A stretch of 64,000 nt of DNA from an uncultured Chthoniobacter sp. (GCA_964600115.1 CAZRIL010000001.1:42810-106809), one strand, 5' to 3'. Counted from the first letter of the stretch, positions 46,974-57,122 are shown. The notes: generated by a model from the sequence alone, not told the origin. A program made the numbers and translations.

Positions 46974-46989
46974 GTGCAGTCCTCCCGAT

Positions 46990-47454
46990 ATGAATTCCCC
47001 ACGCCTCCATTTTGGATCCCGCCGGGCGGCTTCATGGGCCGGGGCGGGTGGCTTCACCCTCGTGGAAGTGCTGCTGGCGCTCGGGATCGTGTCGTTTGCC
47101 TTCATGGCCCTGTGCGGCATGCTGCCTGTGGGGCTGCAGACCTACCGCGACGCGATGGATGCGACCTGCCGGGCGAATATTGTCCGGGTGATCAGCGCCG
47201 AGCTTACGCAGGCACCGTATGCCGGGATTGATGCCTGGATGGGACAGGAACGGTTTTTTAGCGACCAGGGATTGGAGGTGGCGTCAGCGGACGAGGCCCG
47301 GTTTCGAGTGAAATATGAGAACGTCCTTCCGGGCACCTCACTGTTTGGTGCGACAAACTCCTCACTGAAGCCTGTCACGATAAATATATCCTCGATACAG
47401 GACGGCAAATCCATGTCGCGCGTCACCGTGTTCATCGCAGACAATGGCTCCTGA
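46990..47454 (+). CDS. Verru_Chthon cassette protein B-like, prepilin-type N-terminal cleavage/methylation domain
   Basis: MNSPRLHFGSRRAASWAGAGG|FTLVEVLLALGIVSFAFMAL is a class III signal-peptide-like sequence with Glu at +5. 154 aa. Confidence 0.75.
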   Translation: MNSPRLHFGSRRAASWAGAGGFTLVEVLLALGIVSFAFMALCGMLPVGLQTYRDAMDATCRANIVRVISAELTQAPYAGIDAWMGQERFFSDQGLEVASADEARFRVKYENVLPGTSLFGATNSSLKPVTINISSIQDGKSMSRVTVFIADNGS

Positions 47455-47575
47455 TCTTTCTGGCGGCCCGGGCATGCCGCGCGACGCCGGTCTGCGAGGC
47501 AGCGCAAATCATGGAGCGATGCCGCCCGCGGCGTCCGCCCTGCCGCGGCAATGGCGCCGAAGGCGATGCCGGTCC

Positions 47576-48708
47576 ATGCGTCCCGCGTTTACTATTTTGG
47601 AGCTGCTCGTTGCCATGGCCGTGATGGCGCTGATCATGGTCGTGATCGGCGGGATGTTCTCTGCCGTTTCAAAATCCTGGAAGTCGGGTTCCGGGCGCGC
47701 GGCGTCGTTCGCGGCAGCGCGGGCGGCCTTTGAGTCGATGAGCCGAAACCTTTCGCAGGCGACGCTGGCCACCTACCTGAGCTACGCCGACAGCTCGGGA
47801 AACCCGGTGCCGCTCATCAACCCCTCGTTCAAGCCCGCCAGCGGAAGCGTCTCCCGAACGAGCGTTCCCACGCAATACCTCCGGATGTCGGAGCTGCATT
47901 TCATCACGGACAGGGCGGCCAAATTGTTCGCGGACGCAGGAATCTCCGGCCTCGTCACGACCGGTCAGGCTGTTTTTTTTCAGGCGCCGACGAGCTTTGT
48001 TCAGGCACAGGACAACCGCCCGAAGGCCAGCCTCCTGAACGTTCTGGGCTATTACATCGAATTCGGAACCGACGACGCATTCAAGCCTGGCGCGGTGAAC
48101 TCTCTGGTGGCATCGCGTCAGCGCTACCGGCTCATGGAGGTCGCCCAGCCGGCCGAGCGGAACGGCATTTACGAAAGCACCTGCGAGCTGGATGCGCAGG
48201 GGCTTGCAAAATATGCCTCCGACCTCAGGTGGCTTGCCAGGTTGATTCTTGTCACTCCGACGGAATCCACGCCGCTGGAAAAGCAGCCGCTGGCGGAAAA
48301 CGTCATCACGATGGCGTTTCTGCCGCGTCTCTCGCCAATCCAATCGGCCGATCCCGCCGGGCTGACCAAGGATTTTTCCTATGACAGCCGCGCGTGGGAG
48401 GTCACCGGATCGAGTGGCGACCCGCGCCTCCGGAACCAGCTTCCTCCGCTCATCGAGCTGGTCATCGTCGCGATCGATGAACCCTCAGCGCAAAAGCTCT
48501 CAGCGCTTTATGGCGGGGCTGGCGGATCGTCGCCGCCCTTTGCGGATCCCGCCGTTCGTGCCAAGGTGGATCTGGACGCCCTTTTCAAGGATCCCACAAG
48601 GCTGGAAGCGGACATCAAGACTCTCGAAGACGGAATGAACATGCTGCAGGTGAACTACCGGGTCTTCCGGACAACTGTCGCGATGCATGGCGCAAAATGG
48701 ACCGAACG

Positions 48709-48712
<4 letters not shown>
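47576..48712 (+). CDS. Verru_Chthon cassette protein C-like, prepilin-type N-terminal domain
   Basis: MRPAFTILELLVAMAVMALIMVVIGG. Start uncertain, with in-frame ATGs at 47444 and 47519. About 378 aa. Confidence 0.7.
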
Positions 48713-49380
<668 letters not shown>

Positions 49381-49387
49381 GAGGCGT

Positions 49388-49981
49388 TTATTCCCCGGCC
49401 ACGGACAGCCCGGCAACCCCGACTTCAGACGGGCTCTGGTCCTTGGCGAACCAGACGATGGAAATTCTGGTTGCAGGCTGGTCCAGGACGCTATCAAAAC
49501 CGGACTTTTCCACCGGGAGCATCGGCACGATTTCCTCGCGGGTTCCCTCGAGCCACTTCCAGCCCGTGAAGTCGGCCGGAAACGTCATCAGGAAATACTC
49601 TCCGCCGGTTTCCTGGATCTGAAACCCGATCCGCTGGATCGTCGTGTCCGGCGAGATATAAAACCATCCCCCGAGCATCTTGAAATCCGGTGCCAGCTTC
49701 GTCGCGACTGTGCAGTCGCCTTTGCCTCCTCCCGACAGCGCCACACTCCGGAACTTGATCCCGTAGTCAACACCCGCCGGCAATCCGGCGGTCTCGAATT
49801 CGTTCACAGTGACGGATTCCATGCGATACCCGGACGGCTTGACTCCAGCCGACTTCTCCAGCGTCCCGAATGGTTGTGCTGACAGCTTCGCCATCTGGCT
49901 GTCTGACGGGGGAGACTGGGCGCCGGCATGGAGGGACAGGAAAACAAACAGGGCCAGGAATATCAGGGTTGGGTTGCGCAT
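49388..49981 (-). CDS. Small secreted CBM-like protein, homologous to the N-terminal module of the 19111..22398 glycosidase
   Basis: Signal peptide MRNPTLIFLALFVFLSLHAGAQ. The block IGFQIQETGGEYFLMTFPADFTGWKWLE...DQPATRISIVWFAKDQSP aligns with VGLQVWDANGEGLTEKFPADWHGWKQIE...DQPIRMLNLAWFAKDAGP. Confidence 0.75.
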   Translation of the reverse strand: MRNPTLIFLALFVFLSLHAGAQSPPSDSQMAKLSAQPFGTLEKSAGVKPSGYRMESVTVNEFETAGLPAGVDYGIKFRSVALSGGGKGDCTVATKLAPDFKMLGGWFYISPDTTIQRIGFQIQETGGEYFLMTFPADFTGWKWLEGTREEIVPMLPVEKSGFDSVLDQPATRISIVWFAKDQSPSEVGVAGLSVAGE

Positions 49982-50021
49982 AGGAGGAATCTGTCACTCT
50001 GGTTCGGGCGGGAGCAATCAG

Positions 50022-50798
50022 TCAAAAGTTGAACATACCTGAGGATACGTAATTGGTCGAATTGACGATTTGCGTCTCGTTGTGGCCATCAAAATACACA
50101 ATGAAACGCTTTGCCCTGTAGCTGCGTGGATTCGATGAAGAGTATTTTCTGCCATCCGACCAGGTGTTCCATGCGTTGGTGCCGGAGCTGTCCATCCGGC
50201 GGGAGAACATGAGCGCGGTTTTTGAGAGGTTGGAGATCTGGCTGAGGCGGTTGAACCCTGCATGCGTGACCCCGTTCGTATCGACGTAGGTGCTGTGCGC
50301 GTTGTAATTGAAATACCAGCCGGCCGTCCGGTTTCGAGGCGGCCCGCCCGGCCAGGCCAACGGATCCGGATAGTAGAGGTTCTCTTCTCCGCCACCTTGC
50401 GTTCTCGAGCCGTTGAGTTCCGCGAAAGCGTCCCACCAGACAGGGTTGGCAAAGCGCTTGTTCCCTGTTTCCTCCAGATCAAGATAGGGAGCGATCGCGG
50501 TTTGGATCGACCACATGGTGGCCCCGTCGGACGTATTGGTATTTGTCTGGCCGACCAATGGAACGGTGCCGGTATCTGCCATGTGTAGCAGATAAGCGGC
50601 CCCAATGTTCCGCATCCGGCTTACGGTTTTTGTCCCAAGCGCCTGATTCCGGACCCCCGCCAGGGCCGGGACGGTTATCACCACAAGAATCGCGATGATC
50701 GCGATCACGACCAGTAGCTCAACGAGGGTAAAGGCCCCGAGCCGCCTGGCGCGTCGCGCTCGCGCTATACGGATCAACAATACTGAGGAGTTCGTCAT
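50022..50798 (-). CDS. Prepilin-type N-terminal cleavage/methylation domain protein (orphan pilin-like, DUF1559/HX9DG-like C-terminus)
   Basis: MTNSSVLLIRIARARRARRLGAFTLVELLVVIAIIAILVVI. The C-terminal ...RFIVYFDGHNE resembles the DG(H/S) end motif of pilin-like solute-capture proteins. Start at 50798 rather than the track start 50927. Confidence 0.8.
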   Translation of the reverse strand: MTNSSVLLIRIARARRARRLGAFTLVELLVVIAIIAILVVITVPALAGVRNQALGTKTVSRMRNIGAAYLLHMADTGTVPLVGQTNTNTSDGATMWSIQTAIAPYLDLEETGNKRFANPVWWDAFAELNGSRTQGGGEENLYYPDPLAWPGGPPRNRTAGWYFNYNAHSTYVDTNGVTHAGFNRLSQISNLSKTALMFSRRMDSSGTNAWNTWSDGRKYSSSNPRSYRAKRFIVYFDGHNETQIVNSTNYVSSGMFNF

Positions 50799-50816
50799 CT
50801 GCTGTCCATGGGAAGC

Positions 50817-50828
50817 GGGAATGTTCCC
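50817..50828. promoter_or_regulatory. Palindromic site GGGAATGTTCCC
   Basis: About 24 nt upstream of the minus-strand start at 50798 of the orphan pilin-like gene. Confidence 0.5.
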
Positions 50829-51010
50829 ATTCAACAGGGGCGGTGTCAATCCAAAACCCTTGCCCCCGCACATCCGGGCTGCCGGGGAACTCCAGGAGGT
50901 TCTGCATTTCTGTCTGCCAAACCGCAATCTTCGATCTTAAATCCGGAACCCTTGCCGCCTAAATATCCTTCACTCAATCTTCAAGCGCCGTCACACTGAT
51001 CGAAAAATAC

Positions 51011-51022
51011 GTGAATGTTCAC
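51011..51022. promoter_or_regulatory. Palindromic site GTGAATGTTCAC
   Basis: About 38 nt upstream of ATG 51055 (URO-D family gene). It is the second site in the divergent region 50799..51054. Confidence 0.5.
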
Positions 51023-51054
51023 GTTATTCTTGAGGTATCCGCAACGATTCGTGT

Positions 51055-52089
51055 ATGGTCATGAGCCAGCCTGTTGTCTTTCGACCGAATCCGCCAGCGT
51101 GCAAAACGACGATGAAAACACCAAAGGAAAATGTGCGGAGCGTGCTTTCAGGGGAAATGCCTGAGCGGACGCCCTATCGCATTAGCGTCGGCCCCGATAT
51201 CGCGCAGCGCCTGCGGGCAACCTACGGCGAGGACTACCACGCACGGCTTCTCGACGACGACATGCGCCACCGTTCGTTCTGGGTGCGCTGGCCTCTCGTC
51301 AAATACGTGAAGCACGGGGAGGTGACATGGATCGACGGCGTGCTCATCAACGACTGGAGCGACCTTGACAGCTATCCATTTCCCACCGGCCGCGAGGCCG
51401 AATGGTTTGTCGATCTCGACAGCCACATTGCGCTCCACGGCGAACGCTACGGTGTGGCGGTGATGTTCCCTTCGATCTTCCACGCCTGCATGGACACCTT
51501 CCGCGGGTCGGAGAATTTTCTGATGGATGTCTATGACGAGCCGGACCGCGTGCGGCGCATGCAGGAATCCATCATCGGAACGCTCGAAAACATGGTGGAT
51601 GAGATCTGCCGGCGCGAGATCGACCTCCTCATCGTCGGCGACGATGTTTCGACCGAGAACGCGCTCATGGTGTCGCCCGGGTTTCTGAATGAGCACGTCT
51701 TCAAATACAACCGCCGCCTCGTGGAGATCGCGCACAGGCGCGGGAAGAAAGTTTTTTTTCACACGGACGGGGTCCTGCCGGATGAGCTTGTGGAGATGGT
51801 AATCGACTGCGGCTTCGACGGGATGCACCCGCTCCAGTTCTCGTGCAACGACCTCCAAGCCTTCGCGGCAAAATACCGCAACCGCCTTCTCTTCTACGGC
51901 GGGCTCGACAACACCCAGGGCATCCCGAACAAAGGCATTCCCTGGATCGAGAGCCATGTGCGCCAGCTCCACGAGTGGTTCGGGGAGCGCATCATCCTCT
52001 CGTCGAGCGACCTCATGGGCGGAACCCCGGATGAAAACATTCTCGCCCTCCCGCGCATCATCAAAGAAATCTGCCGGTTCGGTTCGTAA
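51055..52089 (+). CDS. Uroporphyrinogen decarboxylase (URO-D) family protein
   Basis: ...FRGSENFLMDVYDEPDRV... and FFHTDGVLPDELVEMVIDCGFDGMHPLQ are typical of URO-D/MtaA-like TIM barrels. Start 51055, 51061 or 51112. Confidence 0.7.
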   Translation: MVMSQPVVFRPNPPACKTTMKTPKENVRSVLSGEMPERTPYRISVGPDIAQRLRATYGEDYHARLLDDDMRHRSFWVRWPLVKYVKHGEVTWIDGVLINDWSDLDSYPFPTGREAEWFVDLDSHIALHGERYGVAVMFPSIFHACMDTFRGSENFLMDVYDEPDRVRRMQESIIGTLENMVDEICRREIDLLIVGDDVSTENALMVSPGFLNEHVFKYNRRLVEIAHRRGKKVFFHTDGVLPDELVEMVIDCGFDGMHPLQFSCNDLQAFAAKYRNRLLFYGGLDNTQGIPNKGIPWIESHVRQLHEWFGERIILSSSDLMGGTPDENILALPRIIKEICRFGS

Positions 52090-52283
52090 ATCCGGTCGTC
52101 ACTGCAGAAACGGCATTCAGGAATGGGAACCACCAACGGCCGCTCAAGTCCACGGACGCAAGAGAGAATCGGGTTTGCAAACCGGCTTCCACCCACCTGG
52201 GAAGAGTTGCAACCGCTCTCCGTTAGTGCCTTTCAATGCATTTTAGTGGTTCCCCATCGTTTTCTGGGGAATCATTTTTCACC

Positions 52284-53492
52284 ATGAAAACTGCTTCCCG
52301 GCAGACTCTCCTTGTTCCTGAGTTTTTTGAAAATTTCCGCCGGCGCGCCCGGGAAGGGGAGTTGTCGAACCATGCGGGGATGCGGCAATTGCTGGCGCAT
52401 GCAGAGTTCGCACTGGCGGCCGGGCCGTTCTCCGTTACTGACAAGAAGCACCTGCCGCCCTCGGGCGACAAGCGGGACTATTTCAGCCTCAGCATCTATT
52501 TCTGGCCGAACCCGGAGACTCCCGACGGACTGCCGTATGTGCCGAGGGACGGGCAGCCGAACCCTGAGATCTCAGACTACGACCGTCCGCGGTTTGAGGA
52601 GTTCTGCCGGAATGTGGACGTCCTCGCGCTTGCCTACGCCGCGACGGGTGACGAGAGATTTGCGTCCAAGGCTGCCGCCCTGCTGCGCGCCTGGTTCGTG
52701 GACGAGAAACTGCGCATGAACCCGAATATGCTCTTCGCGCAATTCATCCCGGGCGACAATGTCGTCCTGCCGTGGAAGGAATATCCGGCACGCTTCGTCC
52801 CCGGAACGGACGGCAGAAAGGGCGTCTATGTCTCCTTCGGCGGGACGATCGAAGACCTCAACCTCATCCCGCTCACGGATTCGATCGCTCTGCTGGAACC
52901 TTCGCCCCACTGGTCCGGCAGGGATCAGGCTGCCGTGGTGAAATGGTATGCCGATTACGCGGAGTGGCTGCTCACCCACCAGCACGGGCTGGACGAGGCC
53001 GCCTGCAGAAACAATCACGGTTCCTGGTATTGGGCGGGTATCGTCTGCTTTTTGAACTTCTCGGGCCAGCGGGACCGCGCGGGAGAACTTGCGGCGAAAG
53101 TTCTCCCGGAACGCCTAAAACTTCAGATCGAACCCGACGGATCCCAGCCGGAGGAACTCGTGCGCGCAATATCCATGAACTACACGTCGTTCGCTCTCTG
53201 CTCGTTCACGAATTTTGCGATCTCCGCCAAAAAATGCGGCTTCGATGCCTGGAATTTCGAGTCGGACGACGGCAGGTCAATCCGACGCGCCATGGATTGG
53301 CTCGCTCCTTACCTCACCGGAGAAAAGGAGTGGAGGTGGAAGCAGATCAGCCCGTTCGACCCGGAAATCCTCGTCGGCCAACTCGCCGCCTCCTCGTCCG
53401 CATATTCGGACCCCGCCTACCTCGAAATCATCCCCCGGCTCCCGGGGCTCCGGGAGGATTCCGTCATGCACCTCATATACTCTGCCGGATGA
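52284..53492 (+). CDS. Alginate-lyase-domain (PF05426-like) polysaccharide lyase family protein
   Basis: KRDYFSLSIYFWPNPETPDGLPYVPRDGQPNPE matches the conserved N-terminal block of alginate_lyase-domain proteins as I recall it. No signal peptide seen. Confidence 0.6.
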   Translation: MKTASRQTLLVPEFFENFRRRAREGELSNHAGMRQLLAHAEFALAAGPFSVTDKKHLPPSGDKRDYFSLSIYFWPNPETPDGLPYVPRDGQPNPEISDYDRPRFEEFCRNVDVLALAYAATGDERFASKAAALLRAWFVDEKLRMNPNMLFAQFIPGDNVVLPWKEYPARFVPGTDGRKGVYVSFGGTIEDLNLIPLTDSIALLEPSPHWSGRDQAAVVKWYADYAEWLLTHQHGLDEAACRNNHGSWYWAGIVCFLNFSGQRDRAGELAAKVLPERLKLQIEPDGSQPEELVRAISMNYTSFALCSFTNFAISAKKCGFDAWNFESDDGRSIRRAMDWLAPYLTGEKEWRWKQISPFDPEILVGQLAASSSAYSDPAYLEIIPRLPGLREDSVMHLIYSAG

Positions 53493-53494
53493 AT

Positions 53495-53566
53495 TTCGTG
53501 CGTCAGAAAATCCAACGCGATACCGCTTCGGAGTTTGAGGCAGTCGAATGTTTGGCCCAGGGACGG
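53495..53566 (+). repeat. 72-nt intergenic element, copy 2
   Basis: ttcgtgcgtcagaaaatccaacgcgataccgcttcggagtttgaggcagtcgaatgtttggcccagggacgg. It starts 2 nt after the stop of the alginate-lyase-like gene, in the same orientation as copy 1. Confidence 0.65.
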
Positions 53567-53569
53567 TGC

Positions 53570-53596
53570 CCCGGGCGGCGAGGACAGCCGCCCGGG
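53570..53596 (+). other. GC-rich stem-loop (10-bp perfect stem, 7-nt loop)
   Basis: CCCGGGCGGC-gaggaca-GCCGCCCGGG lies immediately 3' of repeat copy 2. No U-run follows, so it is not a canonical intrinsic terminator. Confidence 0.5.
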
Positions 53597-53938
53597 AGAT
53601 CATTCGCAAGTTGACCCGCAGGGGGAGAAGGGCGGGAGCGAACGACCGAACTGATACCGCAGCGAAACGAGTCGTTGTCGCACCTCCGAAGAGTCCCCGG
53701 CGGGGTTCATTCTTCTCCACCACAAACCAGTTGCCCGGCAAGTCCCATCACTGCCGCAAAATGGACTCCGCTTCGTGAACATGCCCGAATATACCCAATT
53801 GGCTGAAAGACAGTGAAATAGCACGGTTTAACCCGATTTTATCAACAAATTCCGAACTGCAGCAGCGCCCCTGACACATTCCGAGGTGGATTACGATTGT
53901 GTGGCCTTCAGATTTCAGTTGACTTTGTTCCGCAGATC

Positions 53939-53950
53939 GTGAAGATTCAC
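53939..53950. promoter_or_regulatory. Near-palindromic site GTGAAGATTCAC (one mismatch to the family pattern)
   Basis: About 32 nt upstream of ATG 53976 (PEP-CTERM protein). A second degenerate copy, GTGAACATGCCC, lies at 53775..53786. Confidence 0.4.
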
Positions 53951-53975
53951 GAAAACTTTTCTCCCCCTAAAATCC

Positions 53976-55967
53976 ATGAAAATCCGAATCCCCATATTCC
54001 CAGCGATTTCCGTACTCCTCTGCCTCGGTTCCCACGCGTTTGCGCAGACAACATGGAGCGGTCCGCTTTCCGGCACGCAATCGTGGAATCTGAACAGCAA
54101 CTGGACCCCCGCCACTTTTCCAAATGCGGCCGGAGCCGTGGTCAATCTCAACCAGGATATTGCGGCGGCTTTGACGGTCAACTTGAACCAGAACATCACG
54201 GTCGGCACGCTGAATTTTGGTGATCTGGTCGGCACCCATGCGATGATCATTGCGACCGGGACAGGAACAAATACGCTGACTTTCGATTCCGGCGTCCTGG
54301 GTGGCACAGCAAACCTCAACACGCTGGGGTCAAACGCAACCACTCAAACCATCAGCGCCGGAATTGCGGTCGCATCAGGCAGTAGTCTGCGTGTGAACGG
54401 AGGGACACAAGTCTTAACGACTTCCGGCACATTCAACGCCGGCTCAAGCAGCGTCAACGTCAATAATGGAACCGTTAGCACCAGCACATGGAGCGTGAAT
54501 GGTGACTTGCAGGGGAATGGCACTATTACGGCCAGTGGTCTCGGTGGAATATCCATCAACAGCACCCAAAAAAGCTTTACGGGAACCGTCATTGCGAACC
54601 AGGGGAGAACTGGAGTCAGCAACGCTGGAAGCATCACACTCAACAATTCCGGATCGCTCGCGAATGCGGCTGAGTTTGTCATTAATGGGTATCTTACTGG
54701 TGGAACCACGCAAAATGGCGGCTCGGTTAGTTCAGGAGACAACGCCTCCCAAGCGGTGAATCCCGGTCAGCGTTTGACCCGCAACCGAATCACGCTTAAC
54801 GGCGGTTCGCTGACTGTGAACGGTCAGGCGCTGACGGGCCTCCCCACTGATTTGATTTCAGACACGGTCGCCAATATGAATTTCAACAGCGGCTATTCGC
54901 TGATCACAGTCTCCGCAAACGCAACTACCGCAGGAACCCGTCTGATAGTCACCACTCTGGAGAGAGCCCAGGGTGCATCTGGTTATGTGAGAAGCAGCAC
55001 ATTAGGCGGGACTGCCAGGTTGACTGTTGGCAACCCTAACAGTTTTTTGGTCGGCGGTGGCGGGGCTGAAGGCACCACGACGATGAGCATCATTCCGTGG
55101 CTCGGGGGTATTAACAACAATGCTAATGGTGCAAATCCGGTTGGCTTTTCGACATATGGCGCAAATGGAATAAGGGCTCTGGATACAACAACCGAATATG
55201 CAGTAAGTATCACAGCTGGCGCGACGGCCAATGTGAACCTTGGCTCGGTGGCGGTGCTAGCAGGCGACACCACCGTTAACTCCTTGCGTTTAACCAGCGG
55301 CAGCGTCGGCAATCTGGGAACGGGGCGCAAACTGACGATTGCCAGTGGTGGACTGTTCTTTAGTGCCAGCGGTGCTGGAGTGGGTGGCGCCGGTAATGCT
55401 ACAGCCGGGACAGTGGATTTCGGCGCCGCTGAGGGTGTCGTCTGGGCTGTTGCAACCAATTCCAACAGCATCGGATCGGTGATCTCCGGCTCGGGAGGGT
55501 TGACCAAGAGCGGCACTGGCACGCTGACACTGACCGGTGCGAATACCTACACCGGAGCCACGTATGTCAGCTCCGGGACGCTGATCGTCGGCAATGGCAC
55601 CAACAACTCCAATCTTGGGACGACCGGGGATGTCTTCGTCGCGGCCGGATCGCTTCTGGATCTGCGCAACAACAATGCGATCTCGGATACCGGCAGATTG
55701 ACGCTCACCATTGCCGGCCTGTTCAATGGCAAGATCGCTTTGGCAACCGGCGTCAACGAAACTGTTGGCTCGCTCTTCTTTGGTGACCAGGCGCAGGCGG
55801 TCGGAACGTGGGGAGCCACGGGAAGCGGAGCGACAAATATCAGTGACACCTACTTTTCCGGCGCGGGCGTCCTGAGCGTCTCTGCAATTCCGGAGCCCGC
55901 CACCTGGCTGCTGCTGGCTGCGAGCGGCACGTTCTTCATGGTCATGCGGCGCCGGCAGCGGGATTAG
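53976..55967 (+). CDS. Autotransporter-associated beta-strand repeat protein with PEP-CTERM sorting signal
   Basis: Signal peptide MKIRIPIFPAISVLLCLGSHAFAQ. Repeats of the type GGLTKSGTGTLTLTGANTYTGATYVSSGTLIVGNG. C-terminus IPEPATWLLLAASGTFFMVMRRRQRD shows the PEP motif, a TM helix and an Arg cluster. Confidence 0.85.
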   Translation: MKIRIPIFPAISVLLCLGSHAFAQTTWSGPLSGTQSWNLNSNWTPATFPNAAGAVVNLNQDIAAALTVNLNQNITVGTLNFGDLVGTHAMIIATGTGTNTLTFDSGVLGGTANLNTLGSNATTQTISAGIAVASGSSLRVNGGTQVLTTSGTFNAGSSSVNVNNGTVSTSTWSVNGDLQGNGTITASGLGGISINSTQKSFTGTVIANQGRTGVSNAGSITLNNSGSLANAAEFVINGYLTGGTTQNGGSVSSGDNASQAVNPGQRLTRNRITLNGGSLTVNGQALTGLPTDLISDTVANMNFNSGYSLITVSANATTAGTRLIVTTLERAQGASGYVRSSTLGGTARLTVGNPNSFLVGGGGAEGTTTMSIIPWLGGINNNANGANPVGFSTYGANGIRALDTTTEYAVSITAGATANVNLGSVAVLAGDTTVNSLRLTSGSVGNLGTGRKLTIASGGLFFSASGAGVGGAGNATAGTVDFGAAEGVVWAVATNSNSIGSVISGSGGLTKSGTGTLTLTGANTYTGATYVSSGTLIVGNGTNNSNLGTTGDVFVAAGSLLDLRNNNAISDTGRLTLTIAGLFNGKIALATGVNETVGSLFFGDQAQAVGTWGATGSGATNISDTYFSGAGVLSVSAIPEPATWLLLAASGTFFMVMRRRQRD

Positions 55968-56138
55968 TCCGAAAATCCGGTTTCAGAATTCTTCGGAGGT
56001 TCGCAATTTCGTGAGCCTGCAATCCCGCCCCCCCTCGCCAGCAAGACAGCGCCTTCGCTTGCACAGAAGCCTCTACTGGTTCCCGTATCCGCAGGACACC
56101 ATGATGAAGCGTAAGGCGACTCCTGTCGCACTTGCCAC

Positions 56139-57122
56139 CTATTCTTGCAGGGCCGCGTCGAACCTCTTTGCCGCATTTGCGTAGCCCGGATACCTTTCCG
56201 CGCCCGTGCCCGAGGGTTTGAAGCGCCAGTGCTTGTAGGACCAGAGCCAGCACTCGGGGGCCTCACGGATTCCTTCCTCAAGAACATCCCAGCATTGCTG
56301 CGCAATTTCGGCCGGGGTGGCATCGGCCGGGTATTCCAGCGGTTCGTGATAAATCATACGATAGGTTCCATCCGGCTGGGGACGGCATTCCGCCGGGACA
56401 ACTTTTGCACCGGTGTGGAGCGCGAGCGCGGCATGCATCTGGGTTACGCAGGTTTTCAGGCCGGAGAATTCATCGATGATGACGCTCGCCTCATCGGGAT
56501 CGAGGTTCAGATCGATCACGGCGCAAAAGTATCCGCCGTTTTTGAGGTGCCTGAGCATTCTGGCGATCGCGCGTTCCTGCGGAATGACCGCATGGCCGGT
56601 GCTCCCGCGAAGCCGGTCGAAATACCTGCCGAGCAGCGGATTTTTCAGCTTCTGGGCCACGATGATTCCCGGGCCGTTGAAGAACCGCATGTTCTGCCCG
56701 AGCCACTCGAAATTTGAAAAATGTGTGGTGACGTAAATCGCCGGTGCAGGCGAGGCGTCCCGGACCAGGCCCTCCGTCCGGAAGATTTTTCCAGCGGTTT
56801 CCTCGGTCAGGTTCGGGGACCAGAAGAGCTCGAACATCGTCCTTGCGAAACTTCTGTATCCGGCCTCCGAGATTTGCCTTTTTCTGGGGACGTCAATGGC
56901 ATCACCAAAAGCCGCATCGAGGTTTTGCATGGAGACCTGCCTGCCGCGTGGATCCAGATAGTAGGCGATCGAACCTATGGGAGTCGAGAACGAGACCAGC
57001 CACCGGTAGGGCAGGCAGCGAAGAACCCGTCCAACGAACGCCAGTCCTGCATACTCGAGCCATTGCCGGATCGTCACGCCGGCTGCCGCCTCATGCTGTC
57101 CGGCCTTCTTTGAAAAGACCAT
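56139..57122 (-). CDS. Lysophospholipid/lipid A biosynthesis acyltransferase (LpxL/HtrB family)
   Basis: Length about 327 aa, an N-terminal membrane-associated segment, and an HX4D/E-type motif THFSNFEW. Confidence 0.7.
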   Translation of the reverse strand: MVFSKKAGQHEAAAGVTIRQWLEYAGLAFVGRVLRCLPYRWLVSFSTPIGSIAYYLDPRGRQVSMQNLDAAFGDAIDVPRKRQISEAGYRSFARTMFELFWSPNLTEETAGKIFRTEGLVRDASPAPAIYVTTHFSNFEWLGQNMRFFNGPGIIVAQKLKNPLLGRYFDRLRGSTGHAVIPQERAIARMLRHLKNGGYFCAVIDLNLDPDEASVIIDEFSGLKTCVTQMHAALALHTGAKVVPAECRPQPDGTYRMIYHEPLEYPADATPAEIAQQCWDVLEEGIREAPECWLWSYKHWRFKPSGTGAERYPGYANAAKRFDAALQE

